From NCBI RefSeq assembly GCF_061322215.1, contig NZ_CM196105.1: 40,000 nucleotides of DNA, one strand, 5' to 3'. Position 1 is the stretch's first letter. Every line of letters starts with the position of its first letter. The notes under the pieces are model-generated. The model was not told where the DNA came from, searched no databases, and saw only the letters and a program-made list of their open reading frames with translations. The position numbers were made by a program, and so were the translations under genes. This document shows positions 21,626-30,463 of the stretch, piece after piece.

Positions 21626-22572
21626 TGTTCGGTCTGAGAAAAGTAAATGGAAACACTCATTCCTTTGAAACCACTTTTCAAAACTGGAAAGAAAAGGGTG
21701 AAGATGTTGCGTTATTAATGCCCGAATTTAGCGCCAAATGGCTACCGATAGCAGAAGAGAGCGGCAGCTGGTCTGGATGGGTGTTACTTCGAGAAATATT
21801 TCCCTTAATTTCTGCCGAGCTCGCTGGGATGGCTTTAATGCCAGAAACGGAAAGGTTAATAGGGGAATGGCTCAGTTTAACCAGTTCCCCGTTAAATCTA
21901 GAGTATCCTGAACTAAAATATAATCGTTTGTGCGTAGGTAAAGTATTTGATGGAGTATTGAGTTCAGCTCAACCACTGATAAGAATATGGACAGGGGAAT
22001 TGAATCTTTGGTTAGATAAAGTCACAGTCTGCCAATACGAAAACGCTCCAACGTTAGACAAAAAATCATTATATTGGCCCATTCATTTTGTAATTGGATT
22101 TAGTAAAACATGTTATATAACTATTGTTGATATTGAAGTTGGTGATGTTTTATTAATCTCAAATAATGTGGCTTATGCGATTATTTATAATACAAAGATT
22201 TGCAATTTATTTTATCCAGAGGAGCTAAAAATGGCTGATCATTTTGAGTACGAGGAAGATTTTGAAACAGATGACTTTGATATCAAAAAAAACGAGAGTG
22301 AGATTAATGATGAAAATGACGAACAGATGATTAATAGTTTTGAAGACTTGCCTGTAAAAATTGAGTTTGTTCTTGGAAAGAAAATAATGAATCTATATGA
22401 AATAGACGATCTCTGTGCAAAAAGAATTATACCTTTGCTTCCTGAAGCTGAGAAAAATATAGAGATACGTGTAAATGGCGCGCTAACTGGCTATGGCGAA
22501 CTTGTTGAAGTGGATGATAAATTGGGCGTAGAAATTCATTCTTGGTTATCAGGGAATAATAATGTCAAATAG
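21625..22572 (+). CDS. epaO: T3SS sorting platform / C-ring protein EpaO (SpaO/SctQ)
   Basis: 315 aa; C-terminal SPOA-like domain (LPVKIEFVLGKKIMNLYEI...GYGELVEVDDKLGVEI). Confidence 0.93.
   Translation: MFGLRKVNGNTHSFETTFQNWKEKGEDVALLMPEFSAKWLPIAEESGSWSGWVLLREIFPLISAELAGMALMPETERLIGEWLSLTSSPLNLEYPELKYNRLCVGKVFDGVLSSAQPLIRIWTGELNLWLDKVTVCQYENAPTLDKKSLYWPIHFVIGFSKTCYITIVDIEVGDVLLISNNVAYAIIYNTKICNLFYPEELKMADHFEYEEDFETDDFDIKKNESEINDENDEQMINSFEDLPVKIEFVLGKKIMNLYEIDDLCAKRIIPLLPEAEKNIEIRVNGALTGYGELVEVDDKLGVEIHSWLSGNNNVK
22231..22572 (+). CDS. Putative internal translation product EpaO-C (SctQ short form, 113 aa)
   Basis: In-frame ATG at codon 203 of epaO preceded by AGAGGAGCTAAAA; mirrors the internal start of SpaO. 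Confidence 0.6.
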   Translation: MADHFEYEEDFETDDFDIKKNESEINDENDEQMINSFEDLPVKIEFVLGKKIMNLYEIDDLCAKRIIPLLPEAEKNIEIRVNGALTGYGELVEVDDKLGVEIHSWLSGNNNVK

Positions 22573-23227
22573 TATTTCGCTGATAGCGATATTATCATTA
22601 TTTACACTATTACCGTTTATAATAGCATCCGGGACATGTTTTATTAAATTCTCGATTGTTTTTGTTATTGTCCGAAACGCTTTGGGACTTCAGCAAGTGC
22701 CATCAAATATGACACTTAATGGGGTAGCTTTGCTATTGTCAATGTTCGTAATGATGCCGGTTGGGAAGGAAATATATAATAACAGTCAGAATGAGAATCT
22801 TTCATTCAATAATGTAGCGTCGGTTGTTAATTTTGTTGAGACAGGCATGAGTGGTTATAAATCATATTTGATAAAATATTCTGAACCGGAGTTGGTTAGC
22901 TTTTTTGAAAAGATTCAGAAGGTGAATAGTTCTGAAGACAATGAAGAGATAATCGATGATGAGAATATTTCAATTTTCTCGTTACTCCCGGCATATGCGT
23001 TGAGTGAGATAAAAAGTGCATTTATTATAGGTTTCTATATCTATTTACCCTTTGTTGTAGTTGATCTGGTTATATCCAGTGTTCTGTTAACGTTAGGTAT
23101 GATGATGATGAGTCCGGTAACCATATCTACACCGATAAAATTAATTCTGTTTGTCGCGATGGACGGTTGGACAATGTTATCGAAAGGACTCATTTTACAA
23201 TATTTTGATCTATCCATTAATCCCTGA
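22562..23227 (+). CDS. epaP: T3SS export apparatus EpaP (SpaP/SctR)
   Basis: 221 aa; FliP-like PSNMTLNGVALLLSMFVMMPVG and MMMSPVTISTPIKLILFVAMDGWTML. Confidence 0.96.
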   Translation: MSNSISLIAILSLFTLLPFIIASGTCFIKFSIVFVIVRNALGLQQVPSNMTLNGVALLLSMFVMMPVGKEIYNNSQNENLSFNNVASVVNFVETGMSGYKSYLIKYSEPELVSFFEKIQKVNSSEDNEEIIDDENISIFSLLPAYALSEIKSAFIIGFYIYLPFVVVDLVISSVLLTLGMMMMSPVTISTPIKLILFVAMDGWTMLSKGLILQYFDLSINP

Positions 23228-23236
23228 GGAAAAAAT

Positions 23237-23497
23237 ATGGACGACATTGTTTTTGCGGGGAATAGGGCGCTGTATCTGATTTTAGTTATGTCTGCAGGAC
23301 CTATTGCAGTTGCGACATTTGTTGGTTTATTGGTAGGGCTTTTTCAAACGGTAACACAGTTGCAAGAACAGACGTTGCCATTTGGCGTCAAATTATTATG
23401 CGTAAGTATTTGCTTTTTTTTAATGAGCGGATGGTACGGTGAAAAATTATACTCTTTTGGTATTGAAATGCTGAATTTAGCATTCGCGAGAGGATAG
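23237..23497 (+). CDS. epaQ: T3SS export apparatus EpaQ (SpaQ/SctS)
   Basis: 86 aa, two TM segments; [25 protein letters not shown]. Confidence 0.96.
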   Translation: MDDIVFAGNRALYLILVMSAGPIAVATFVGLLVGLFQTVTQLQEQTLPFGVKLLCVSICFFLMSGWYGEKLYSFGIEMLNLAFARG

Positions 23498-23498
23498 C

Positions 23499-24266
23499 AT
23501 GGGGGAGGCGATACTCTATCAGTTGCATAGTCTGCTGGCTGCTACAGCGCTCGGTTTTTGCCGATTGGCGCCAACTTTCTATTTGTTACCATTTTTCGCC
23601 AGTGGGAATATACCAACAGTAGTTCGTCACCCAATAATAATAGTGGTATCATGTGCATTAGTTCAGCATTACCACTATGAATTATCGACCTTAAATGAAA
23701 TAGATATCGCTTTGTTAGCTGCCAGAGAAATTATCATAGGGCTGTTTATTGCTTGCTTATTAGCATCCCCATTTTGGATTTTCCTTGCTATAGGCAGCTT
23801 TATCGATAACCAACGTGGTGCAACGTTAAGTAGTACTTTGGATCCGGCTACAGGTGTCGATACATCGGAATTAGCAAGATTATTTAACCTTTTCTCTGCA
23901 GCAGTTTATCTTACTAACGGTGGATTGAACTTTATTCTGGAGACTCTATGGCAAAGTTATAACTTATGGCCTTCAGGAAATTTTAATTTTCCTAAATTAG
24001 AGCCTTTATTCTCATATATTAATAATATAATGACTCATACTATCGTTTACGCAAGCCCCGTGATTGCGGTTATGCTGGGCGGTGAAGCTGTCCTGGGATT
24101 GCTGGCACGCTATGCTTCACAACTAAATGCTTTTGCCATCTCACTGACTGTCAAAAGTGCGCTGGCATTTTTAATATTAATTATTTATTTTGGCCCAATA
24201 CTGGCTGAACGAGTTATGCCGTTATCCTTTTTCCCAGAACAATTGCAATTATACATTGATAAATAG
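23499..24266 (+). CDS. epaR: T3SS export apparatus EpaR (SpaR/SctT)
   Basis: 255 aa; FliR-like, IGSFIDNQRGATLSSTLDPATG; uninterrupted. Confidence 0.95.
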   Translation: MGEAILYQLHSLLAATALGFCRLAPTFYLLPFFASGNIPTVVRHPIIIVVSCALVQHYHYELSTLNEIDIALLAAREIIIGLFIACLLASPFWIFLAIGSFIDNQRGATLSSTLDPATGVDTSELARLFNLFSAAVYLTNGGLNFILETLWQSYNLWPSGNFNFPKLEPLFSYINNIMTHTIVYASPVIAVMLGGEAVLGLLARYASQLNAFAISLTVKSALAFLILIIYFGPILAERVMPLSFFPEQLQLYIDK

Positions 24267-24274
24267 AGTGTTTC

Positions 24275-25396
24275 ATGGCAAATAAAACTGAAAAGCCAAC
24301 ACAAAAGAAACTCCAGGATGCTTCTAAAAAAGGGCAAATTCTAAAAAGTAGAGACTTAACAGTCTCTGTAATAATGCTTGTGGGTACTTTATATCTCGGA
24401 TATGTATTTGATGTGCATCACATTATGTCGATTCTTGAATACATCCTTGATCATAACGCTAAACCGGATATTTGGGACTATTTTAAAGCTATGGGGATAG
24501 GTTGGTTGAAAACGATCATTCCTTTTTTGCTGGTTTGCATGTTTACAACAATACTTGTCTCATGGTTTCAAAGTAAAATGCAATTAGCAACTGAAGCTAT
24601 TAAGTTTAAGTTTGATTCATTAAATCCAGTAAATGGCTTAAAACGTATATTTGGCTTAAAAACCGTAAAAGAATTTGTTAAAGCAATACTTTATATTATT
24701 TTTTTTGCATTGGCGATCAAAGTATTTTGGACTAACCATAAATCACTGCTTTTTAAAACTCTTGATGGAGATATCATTTCTTTATTATCAGATTGGGGAG
24801 AGATGCTATTCCTTCTCATACTATATTGTCTCGGCAGTATGATAATTGTTCTAATATTTGATTTTATCGCTGAGTATTTTTTATTTATGAAAGATATGAA
24901 AATGGATAAACAAGAAGTTAAAAGAGAATACAAGGAACAAGAAGGAAATCCAGAAATTAAGTCTAAACGCAGAGAGCGCCATCAAGAAATTCTGTCAGAG
25001 CAATTGAAATCTGATGTCAGTAATAGCCGTCTGATGATTGCCAACCCTACGCACATTGCCATAGGGATATACTTTAAGCCACATCTGTCACCTATCCCAT
25101 TGATTTCTGTAAGAGAAACTAATGAGGTAGCATTAGCCGTAAGGAAATATGCAAAGGAAATCGGAATACCAATTATTACAGATAAAAAATTAGCACGAAA
25201 AATTTATGCTACCCATCGTCGCTACGATTATGTTAGCTTCGAAAATATAGATGAGATCTTGCGTCTTCTGCTGTGGCTTGAAGATGTGGAGAATGCTGGA
25301 CAACCTGTTCCAGATGAACTGCTCCCCTCAGAAGATAAATTCAAAGAAGGTGAAGACACAAAAAGCGAGAATAAAGACAATAATTTAAAAAATTAA
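24275..25396 (+). CDS. epaS: T3SS export switch protein EpaS (SpaS/SctU)
   Basis: 373 aa; FlhB-like with intact NPTH autocleavage motif at residues 257-260 (codons 25043-25054). Confidence 0.96.
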   Translation: MANKTEKPTQKKLQDASKKGQILKSRDLTVSVIMLVGTLYLGYVFDVHHIMSILEYILDHNAKPDIWDYFKAMGIGWLKTIIPFLLVCMFTTILVSWFQSKMQLATEAIKFKFDSLNPVNGLKRIFGLKTVKEFVKAILYIIFFALAIKVFWTNHKSLLFKTLDGDIISLLSDWGEMLFLLILYCLGSMIIVLIFDFIAEYFLFMKDMKMDKQEVKREYKEQEGNPEIKSKRRERHQEILSEQLKSDVSNSRLMIANPTHIAIGIYFKPHLSPIPLISVRETNEVALAVRKYAKEIGIPIITDKKLARKIYATHRRYDYVSFENIDEILRLLLWLEDVENAGQPVPDELLPSEDKFKEGEDTKSENKDNNLKN

Positions 25397-25419
25397 ACAT
25401 CTATCATAGTCAGAAATTT

Positions 25420-25456
25420 ATAAGAATCTACACGCAAAAAGCGTGTAGATTCTTAT
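25420..25456. terminator. Strong hairpin between convergent epaS and the InvH-like lipoprotein gene
   Basis: Perfect 16-bp stem ATAAGAATCTACACGC / GCGTGTAGATTCTTAT with AAAAA loop; ends one base before the convergent stop codon. Confidence 0.8.
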
Positions 25457-25750
25457 TTAATGAGTTAAACGATCTTGCGAAATGACAAGCAATTGATACA
25501 TACTCATCTCTTTATAAGCTGGAACAGTAGTAACCTGTGCAAATTCGCGATATAGCTTCTGCTCTAGTTGTGCTGATGATATATATTCCGGGTGTTCGCT
25601 AAAGAACTGTCTTGCATCTACTATCGCTTGAGATTCGCCACTTCTTTTATTCTGAGTATCCTTTAATGAATTTTCTCTGGTGCATGCAGAGAGCAACGAT
25701 ATCAGCGCGACAGTTATTATGATTTTACTATTATATCTTACTAATGACAT
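25457..25750 (-). CDS. Small lipoprotein, candidate T3SS pilotin resembling InvH
   Basis: 97 aa; signal peptide with lipobox LLSAC; C-terminal region ARQFFSEHPEYISSAQLEQKLYREFAQVTTVPAYKEMSMYQLLVISQDRL resembles the recalled InvH C-terminal region. Confidence 0.6.
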   Translation of the reverse strand: MSLVRYNSKIIITVALISLLSACTRENSLKDTQNKRSGESQAIVDARQFFSEHPEYISSAQLEQKLYREFAQVTTVPAYKEMSMYQLLVISQDRLTH

Positions 25751-25751
25751 A

Positions 25752-26252
25752 TCAACTTTCTCTTATGCAAGATTGGAGTTTAAAATAATGTTTATCCCAT
25801 TCACAGAGTGCTATAAACAACTCAACAGTACCTTTTATGTTAAGTTTATTTAGGGCTCTTATTTTGTGATATGATACTGTTTTATAATCAATTCCTTTGA
25901 TAATGGCTATTTGTTTTAACGAATAAGAAACACATAACCGCAGGATATCTATCTCATCATGGGTAAGTGGTTCTTGAGTGGAATACACATTTTGTGTATG
26001 AAGATTCGAAACCAGGAAATGCGTTAAATCAGATAATGTAATATTCTTATTGATCCTGATGAAATTGTTGCTCAAAAGGGTGTTTACAGGTTCTGTATTT
26101 GGTTTGAGATTTCGATGTTGGTGCTCATCAATAACAACGAACGAATGTCCAAGATCAACCAACGCAACCAAATCGCTGTAATATTCCTTTTGGGATGCTA
26201 ATAATGCATTAGTGCCTACAGTGAAGTAGACATCACTGGAAAAGACTTGCAT
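25752..26252 (-). CDS. etrA: LuxR-type HTH regulator, likely EtrA
   Basis: 166 aa; C-terminal LuxR HTH (LTHDEIDILRLCVSYSLKQIAIIKGIDYKTVSYHKIRALNKLNIKG); lies between epaS and eprH. Symbol from recall of locus position. Confidence 0.7.
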   Translation of the reverse strand: MQVFSSDVYFTVGTNALLASQKEYYSDLVALVDLGHSFVVIDEHQHRNLKPNTEPVNTLLSNNFIRINKNITLSDLTHFLVSNLHTQNVYSTQEPLTHDEIDILRLCVSYSLKQIAIIKGIDYKTVSYHKIRALNKLNIKGTVELFIALCEWDKHYFKLQSCIRES

Positions 26253-26501
26253 ATGCCAACCTGCACTCTAAAATCATTTAGGGTAAATATTACGTGTAAA
26301 ATTTAAAATAATGGTAATTGTTATATTTGCATATCAATGAGGGAATAGGGTGTATACCTTAAATTGCAAATAAAGTTATGTATGTAGCCATTTAAAATGG
26401 CTCTCGAAAATTATAATCTTTTTATTGTGTGTCATCATAATTTGGTCATGAAATTTCCGTCTTGTTACACTACTCTAAACTAGAGCTTATGGAATTAGCG
26501 G

Positions 26502-27692
26502 GTGGTATTCATGGAAAATAATGATAAATTCTTATCACAAGACTTATTGGAATCTTATGCCATTCGTTTATTGAGCGGACCATTGAATGGATGCGAGTAT
26601 GAAATACTTAATGGGCGTGTACTCGTTATCGTTGGTAATGATGTTTCGTTAGGAAGAAGTGATTCTTTTTCTGAGTTACCAGAGAATACGATAGTCATTC
26701 CTTATGGAGAGCTTACAGGCAGTTTTGAGGTAATAATCACTACCGACCCTGATCTGGTTGTAACAATCAGAGAATTAACAGCACAAGAACCTGAAGATAG
26801 AACGTTAACATTGAATCAGCAAATAGAAGTTTTAGGCCTCAAATTTGCTGTAAAAGGAAAAAATGAAGTTTGGCAGTATTCAATACCAGGTATTGTTGAA
26901 AATAACATTACTTCAACAAGGCAACATTTCTTTAGTAGTACGCTGTTTAAATATGTAACGCTATTTTTTCTTTTTGCTATCATTTTTATAGCTTTTTATA
27001 TTGTTAATGCCAGTAATGATCCGCAGCTGAGACATATCGATAAAATTCTTGTAAACAAAAATAGAAATTATGAAATTTTATATGGTAGGGATCATGTCAT
27101 CTATATCAATACCAATAGTTTGGATGAAGCTGTCTGGGTCAAACAAGCATTGGAAAAAAATCAACCAGGAAAACCAGTACGGGTGATAAATCCTGATGAT
27201 GAATCGATACGAATTTTTTCATGGCTTGCTGATAATTTCCCAGATCTACAATATTTTAAACTACAGCTATTAGATGCCAGTAATCCAAGACTGACAGTGA
27301 GTAAGCAACGGAATGCTATCACACAGCAACTAATCGATAATCTTATTAAAGGATTACTGCAAACTATGCCATATGCCAGCAATATAAGTATTGCGGTATT
27401 AGATGATAATGTATTGGAAAGTCAGGCAATTGAAACATTGTCGGCAATAGGTCTTTCTTATGAAAAATATAAAACAGCTAACAATGTATATTTCAATATC
27501 ATTGGTACGTTAAGCGACAGTGAATTAAATAAAATTAATAATTATGTCGACGAATATTATAAACAATGGGGTAAACAATATGTAAGATTTAATGTGAATT
27601 TGAAAAATCAGGACACAAATAACAGTTCATTTAGCTACGGAGATAATCGATTCGAGAAGTCTCAAGGTAGCAAGTGGACATTTCAGGAATAA
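26502..27692 (+). CDS. eprH: T3SS inner-membrane ring protein EprH (PrgH/SctD)
   Basis: 396 aa, one central TM, PrgH-like periplasmic region; first of the prgHIJK-like genes. Confidence 0.93.
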   Translation: MVFMENNDKFLSQDLLESYAIRLLSGPLNGCEYEILNGRVLVIVGNDVSLGRSDSFSELPENTIVIPYGELTGSFEVIITTDPDLVVTIRELTAQEPEDRTLTLNQQIEVLGLKFAVKGKNEVWQYSIPGIVENNITSTRQHFFSSTLFKYVTLFFLFAIIFIAFYIVNASNDPQLRHIDKILVNKNRNYEILYGRDHVIYINTNSLDEAVWVKQALEKNQPGKPVRVINPDDESIRIFSWLADNFPDLQYFKLQLLDASNPRLTVSKQRNAITQQLIDNLIKGLLQTMPYASNISIAVLDDNVLESQAIETLSAIGLSYEKYKTANNVYFNIIGTLSDSELNKINNYVDEYYKQWGKQYVRFNVNLKNQDTNNSSFSYGDNRFEKSQGSKWTFQE

Positions 27693-27705
27693 TTGAGGAG
27701 GACTT

Positions 27706-27945
27706 ATGGCAGATTGGAATGGTTATATTATGGATATCAGCAAACAATTTGATCAGGGGGTTGATGATCTGAACCAGCAAGTTGAAAAAGCGTTGGAGGA
27801 TTTAGCAACCAATCCTTCCGACCCGAAATTCCTTGCCGAATATCAGAGTGCATTAGCTGAGTATACATTATATCGAAATGCGCAATCTAACGTTGTAAAA
27901 GCGTATAAAGATCTTGATTCGGCAATCATACAAAACTTCCGCTAA
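27706..27945 (+). CDS. eprI: T3SS needle subunit EprI (PrgI/SctF)
   Basis: 79 aa; MADWNGYIMDISKQFDQGVDDLNQQVEKALEDLATNPSDPKFLAEYQSALAEYTLYRNAQSNVVKAYKDLDSAIIQNF, PrgI-like. Confidence 0.96.
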   Translation: MADWNGYIMDISKQFDQGVDDLNQQVEKALEDLATNPSDPKFLAEYQSALAEYTLYRNAQSNVVKAYKDLDSAIIQNFR

Positions 27946-27964
27946 ACTGGATAAGGATTTTATT

Positions 27965-28297
27965 ATGTCAGTAAGCAATATGCCACCTATTGATAGAGCT
28001 GAGCAATCAGCTGCTCATGAAATACAGCAAGCGAAAGTTATTGATTTAAATGACCGGGTTCTCAATCTTGATAACCCGGATGATAAAATGATCTCCGCTT
28101 TTGCTAACTATGCGGTACAAACTGAAAATTGGCAGCAAAATGCGTTACAAGCATTAAGGTCTGATAAAAAGGGGTTAACTCCTGAAAAATTATTAGTCTT
28201 GCAGGATCATGTGCTTAATTATAATGTCGAGGTTTCATTGGTGGGAACATTAGCAAGAAAAATTGTCGCTGCAGTTGAGACGTTGACTCGCTCATGA
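27965..28297 (+). CDS. eprJ: T3SS inner rod protein EprJ (PrgJ/SctI)
   Basis: ORF track 27914..28297; ATG at 27965 with AAGGA upstream gives 110 aa (MSVSNMPPIDRAEQSAAHEIQQAK...). Confidence 0.9.
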   Translation: MSVSNMPPIDRAEQSAAHEIQQAKVIDLNDRVLNLDNPDDKMISAFANYAVQTENWQQNALQALRSDKKGLTPEKLLVLQDHVLNYNVEVSLVGTLARKIVAAVETLTRS

Positions 28298-29028
28298 AAT
28301 ATATATCATTATTCTTGTTTATCCTGCTGTTGTGCGGTTGCAAGCAGCAGGAATTACTGAACCATCTTGATCAACAGCAAGCTAATGATGTCCTTGCTGT
28401 TTTACAAAGACATAATATTAATGCTGAGAAGAAGGATCAAGGCAAAATTGGATTTTCAATCTATGTAGAACCAACGGATTTTGCTTCTGCGGTGGATTGG
28501 CTAAAAATCTACAATCTCCCGGGTAAGCCTGATATTCAAATATCGCAGATGTTTCCTGCAGATGCACTCGTTTCCTCTCCACGAGCGGAAAAAGCAAGAT
28601 TGTATTCTGCTATTGAACAGCGTTTGGAGCAATCTCTCAAAATTATGGATGGCATTGTTTCTTCAAGAGTACATGTTAGTTACGATGTTGATACAGGTGA
28701 TAGTGGCAAAACTGCTTTACCAATTCATATTTCTGTACTTGCTGTATATGAAAAAGATATCAATCCAGAAATAAAAATAAATGACATTAAAAGATTTATT
28801 GTTAATAGCTTTGCAAGCGTACAATATGAGAATATTTCAGTCGTATTGTCAAAACGAAGAGATATTATTGAACAAGCACCAACATATGAAATTAACGAAC
28901 CTATTTTTGCTTATGATAAGACTATGCCGGTTTCTATCTTACTTGCATTAATGTCCATTGCGACTTGCTGGCTGTTATGGAAGTACAGGGCTATTCTAAC
29001 TAATTTAATCAGGTTAAAAAATAAGTAG
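28294..29028 (+). CDS. eprK: T3SS inner-ring lipoprotein EprK (PrgK/SctJ)
   Basis: 244 aa; lipobox LLLCGC, two-domain YscJ/FliF-like sequence, C-terminal TM. Confidence 0.95.
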   Translation: MKYISLFLFILLLCGCKQQELLNHLDQQQANDVLAVLQRHNINAEKKDQGKIGFSIYVEPTDFASAVDWLKIYNLPGKPDIQISQMFPADALVSSPRAEKARLYSAIEQRLEQSLKIMDGIVSSRVHVSYDVDTGDSGKTALPIHISVLAVYEKDINPEIKINDIKRFIVNSFASVQYENISVVLSKRRDIIEQAPTYEINEPIFAYDKTMPVSILLALMSIATCWLLWKYRAILTNLIRLKNK

Positions 29029-29043
29029 ACATATGAGAACGTT

Positions 29044-29625
29044 ATGAATCTTGCCCTAAGAAAGATTATATATGATCCAATTAGTTATATTCATCCTCAA
29101 CGAGTAAGTTGGAATAATGCACGTATTAGCAATCCGGTACTTAGATCTATTACCAATGAAATGATACTCCTACAGTACAATCTTTCAGTTGAGCATTTTA
29201 GTCTGAATAGTTCACTTATTTACTACATAAACAATTGGAAATTATTTCCATTGATCTGTTTACTCAGTGGTTGTCACTTTTATCGAGAAAGGTTTGCAGA
29301 ACGCGGATTTTTTTACAAGGTTCCTGATGTGCTAAGGAATTATTTATCAGCGATACCGGTGGAAATAAATGAAAAGGCACGATATAAACCTGGCATCGTT
29401 AACTATCAGAATATCATCACATGTGGTTTTTCAACGTTGTTGCCCTATGTAAGGCAACAACCGTTGGCAATGCAGCAACGATTTAATTTATTATTTCCTG
29501 ATTTTGTTGACCACATACAATTGCCGTTACCAGTTGCGTCTACTCTTTTGGAGAGAATTACATTTTATGCGAAAAAAAATAGAGATGAGCTTGATAAACT
29601 CTCCTGCAAATGGTGTTGTGATTAA
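29044..29625 (+). CDS. OrgA/SctK-like T3SS cytoplasmic accessory protein
   Basis: 193 aa directly after eprK, in the orgA position of SPI-1. Confidence 0.75.
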   Translation: MNLALRKIIYDPISYIHPQRVSWNNARISNPVLRSITNEMILLQYNLSVEHFSLNSSLIYYINNWKLFPLICLLSGCHFYRERFAERGFFYKVPDVLRNYLSAIPVEINEKARYKPGIVNYQNIITCGFSTLLPYVRQQPLAMQQRFNLLFPDFVDHIQLPLPVASTLLERITFYAKKNRDELDKLSCKWCCD

Positions 29626-30274
29626 AAGAATAATTTCTGATGGATTGAAAGAAATAGTTTCTCTAAAAGAACAGATCCTTCTTGAAACCACCGCAAAAAT
29701 TCAGAGTATTGAGGAAAAGAGAGAAGAAAAAATTATTCAAGGTTATTATGATGGCTATGCGAAAGGCATTATTGATGTGATGGATAATTTTATACCCTTG
29801 ATAAGTTTGCTGAGCTCAGAATTAGAAAAAAACAGAGTAAACATGATAAACGATCTGAAGAGCATATTGTTAAAATCTTCAGAGGAAGTTGAAGTTTTTA
29901 TCAAAATTTTTGAAAGTTGGGTAACAAAATTACCGTCAATATCAGGCCCTTTAAATCTCTATATACCTACCAGTTTCAAAGATAAGTCTATTGAAGTAGA
30001 GTCATATTTTGTCGACAAGTCAATATGGAATGTCCATATTTCATATCATGATGACAAACGTTTTATTTTTTTTACAGATCAATTTATTGCTGAATTTAGT
30101 CCGCAGGAATTTGTGGATAATTGTGAGCAATATTTAATTAGCAATCACTGTTTTTCCCCTGACAAGGTTAATGAAATCTGTGAACATGCCAGACATTATT
30201 TAGTTGAAAGAATGTGTGAAATAGATTCTTTGGCTATGAATAATTCTGATTTGACGAACCCAGAGGACTTATAG
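29567..30274 (+). CDS. OrgB/SctL-like T3SS ATPase-associated protein
   Basis: ORF track 29504..30274; ATG at 29567 or 29585 more plausible; helical N-terminus (ISLKEQILLETTAKIQSIEEKREEKIIQGYYDGYAKGI) typical of SctL/FliH. Confidence 0.75.
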   Translation: MRKKIEMSLINSPANGVVIKRIISDGLKEIVSLKEQILLETTAKIQSIEEKREEKIIQGYYDGYAKGIIDVMDNFIPLISLLSSELEKNRVNMINDLKSILLKSSEEVEVFIKIFESWVTKLPSISGPLNLYIPTSFKDKSIEVESYFVDKSIWNVHISYHDDKRFIFFTDQFIAEFSPQEFVDNCEQYLISNHCFSPDKVNEICEHARHYLVERMCEIDSLAMNNSDLTNPEDL

Positions 30275-30463
30275 ATCACTGTCTCCGGTTTAATAACTTG
30301 AATATAATCTAATTCTAATATTTTAAACGCCTAATGATTTTTCAACACTGGTGTTATTCTGCTTACGCGAAAATTTTATTTTTAATTATATTTTATTATT
30401 ATTTCATCAATGTATTCTTTGGATTTTGCTTATAATAATAATGGAAGGGATGATTATAAATGA

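Noticed and set aside
27914-27964. Upstream extension of eprJ (127 aa)
   Set aside because: The extension overlaps the end of eprI and the ATG at 27965 has a good ribosome site, so a rod-sized 110-aa protein is more likely.
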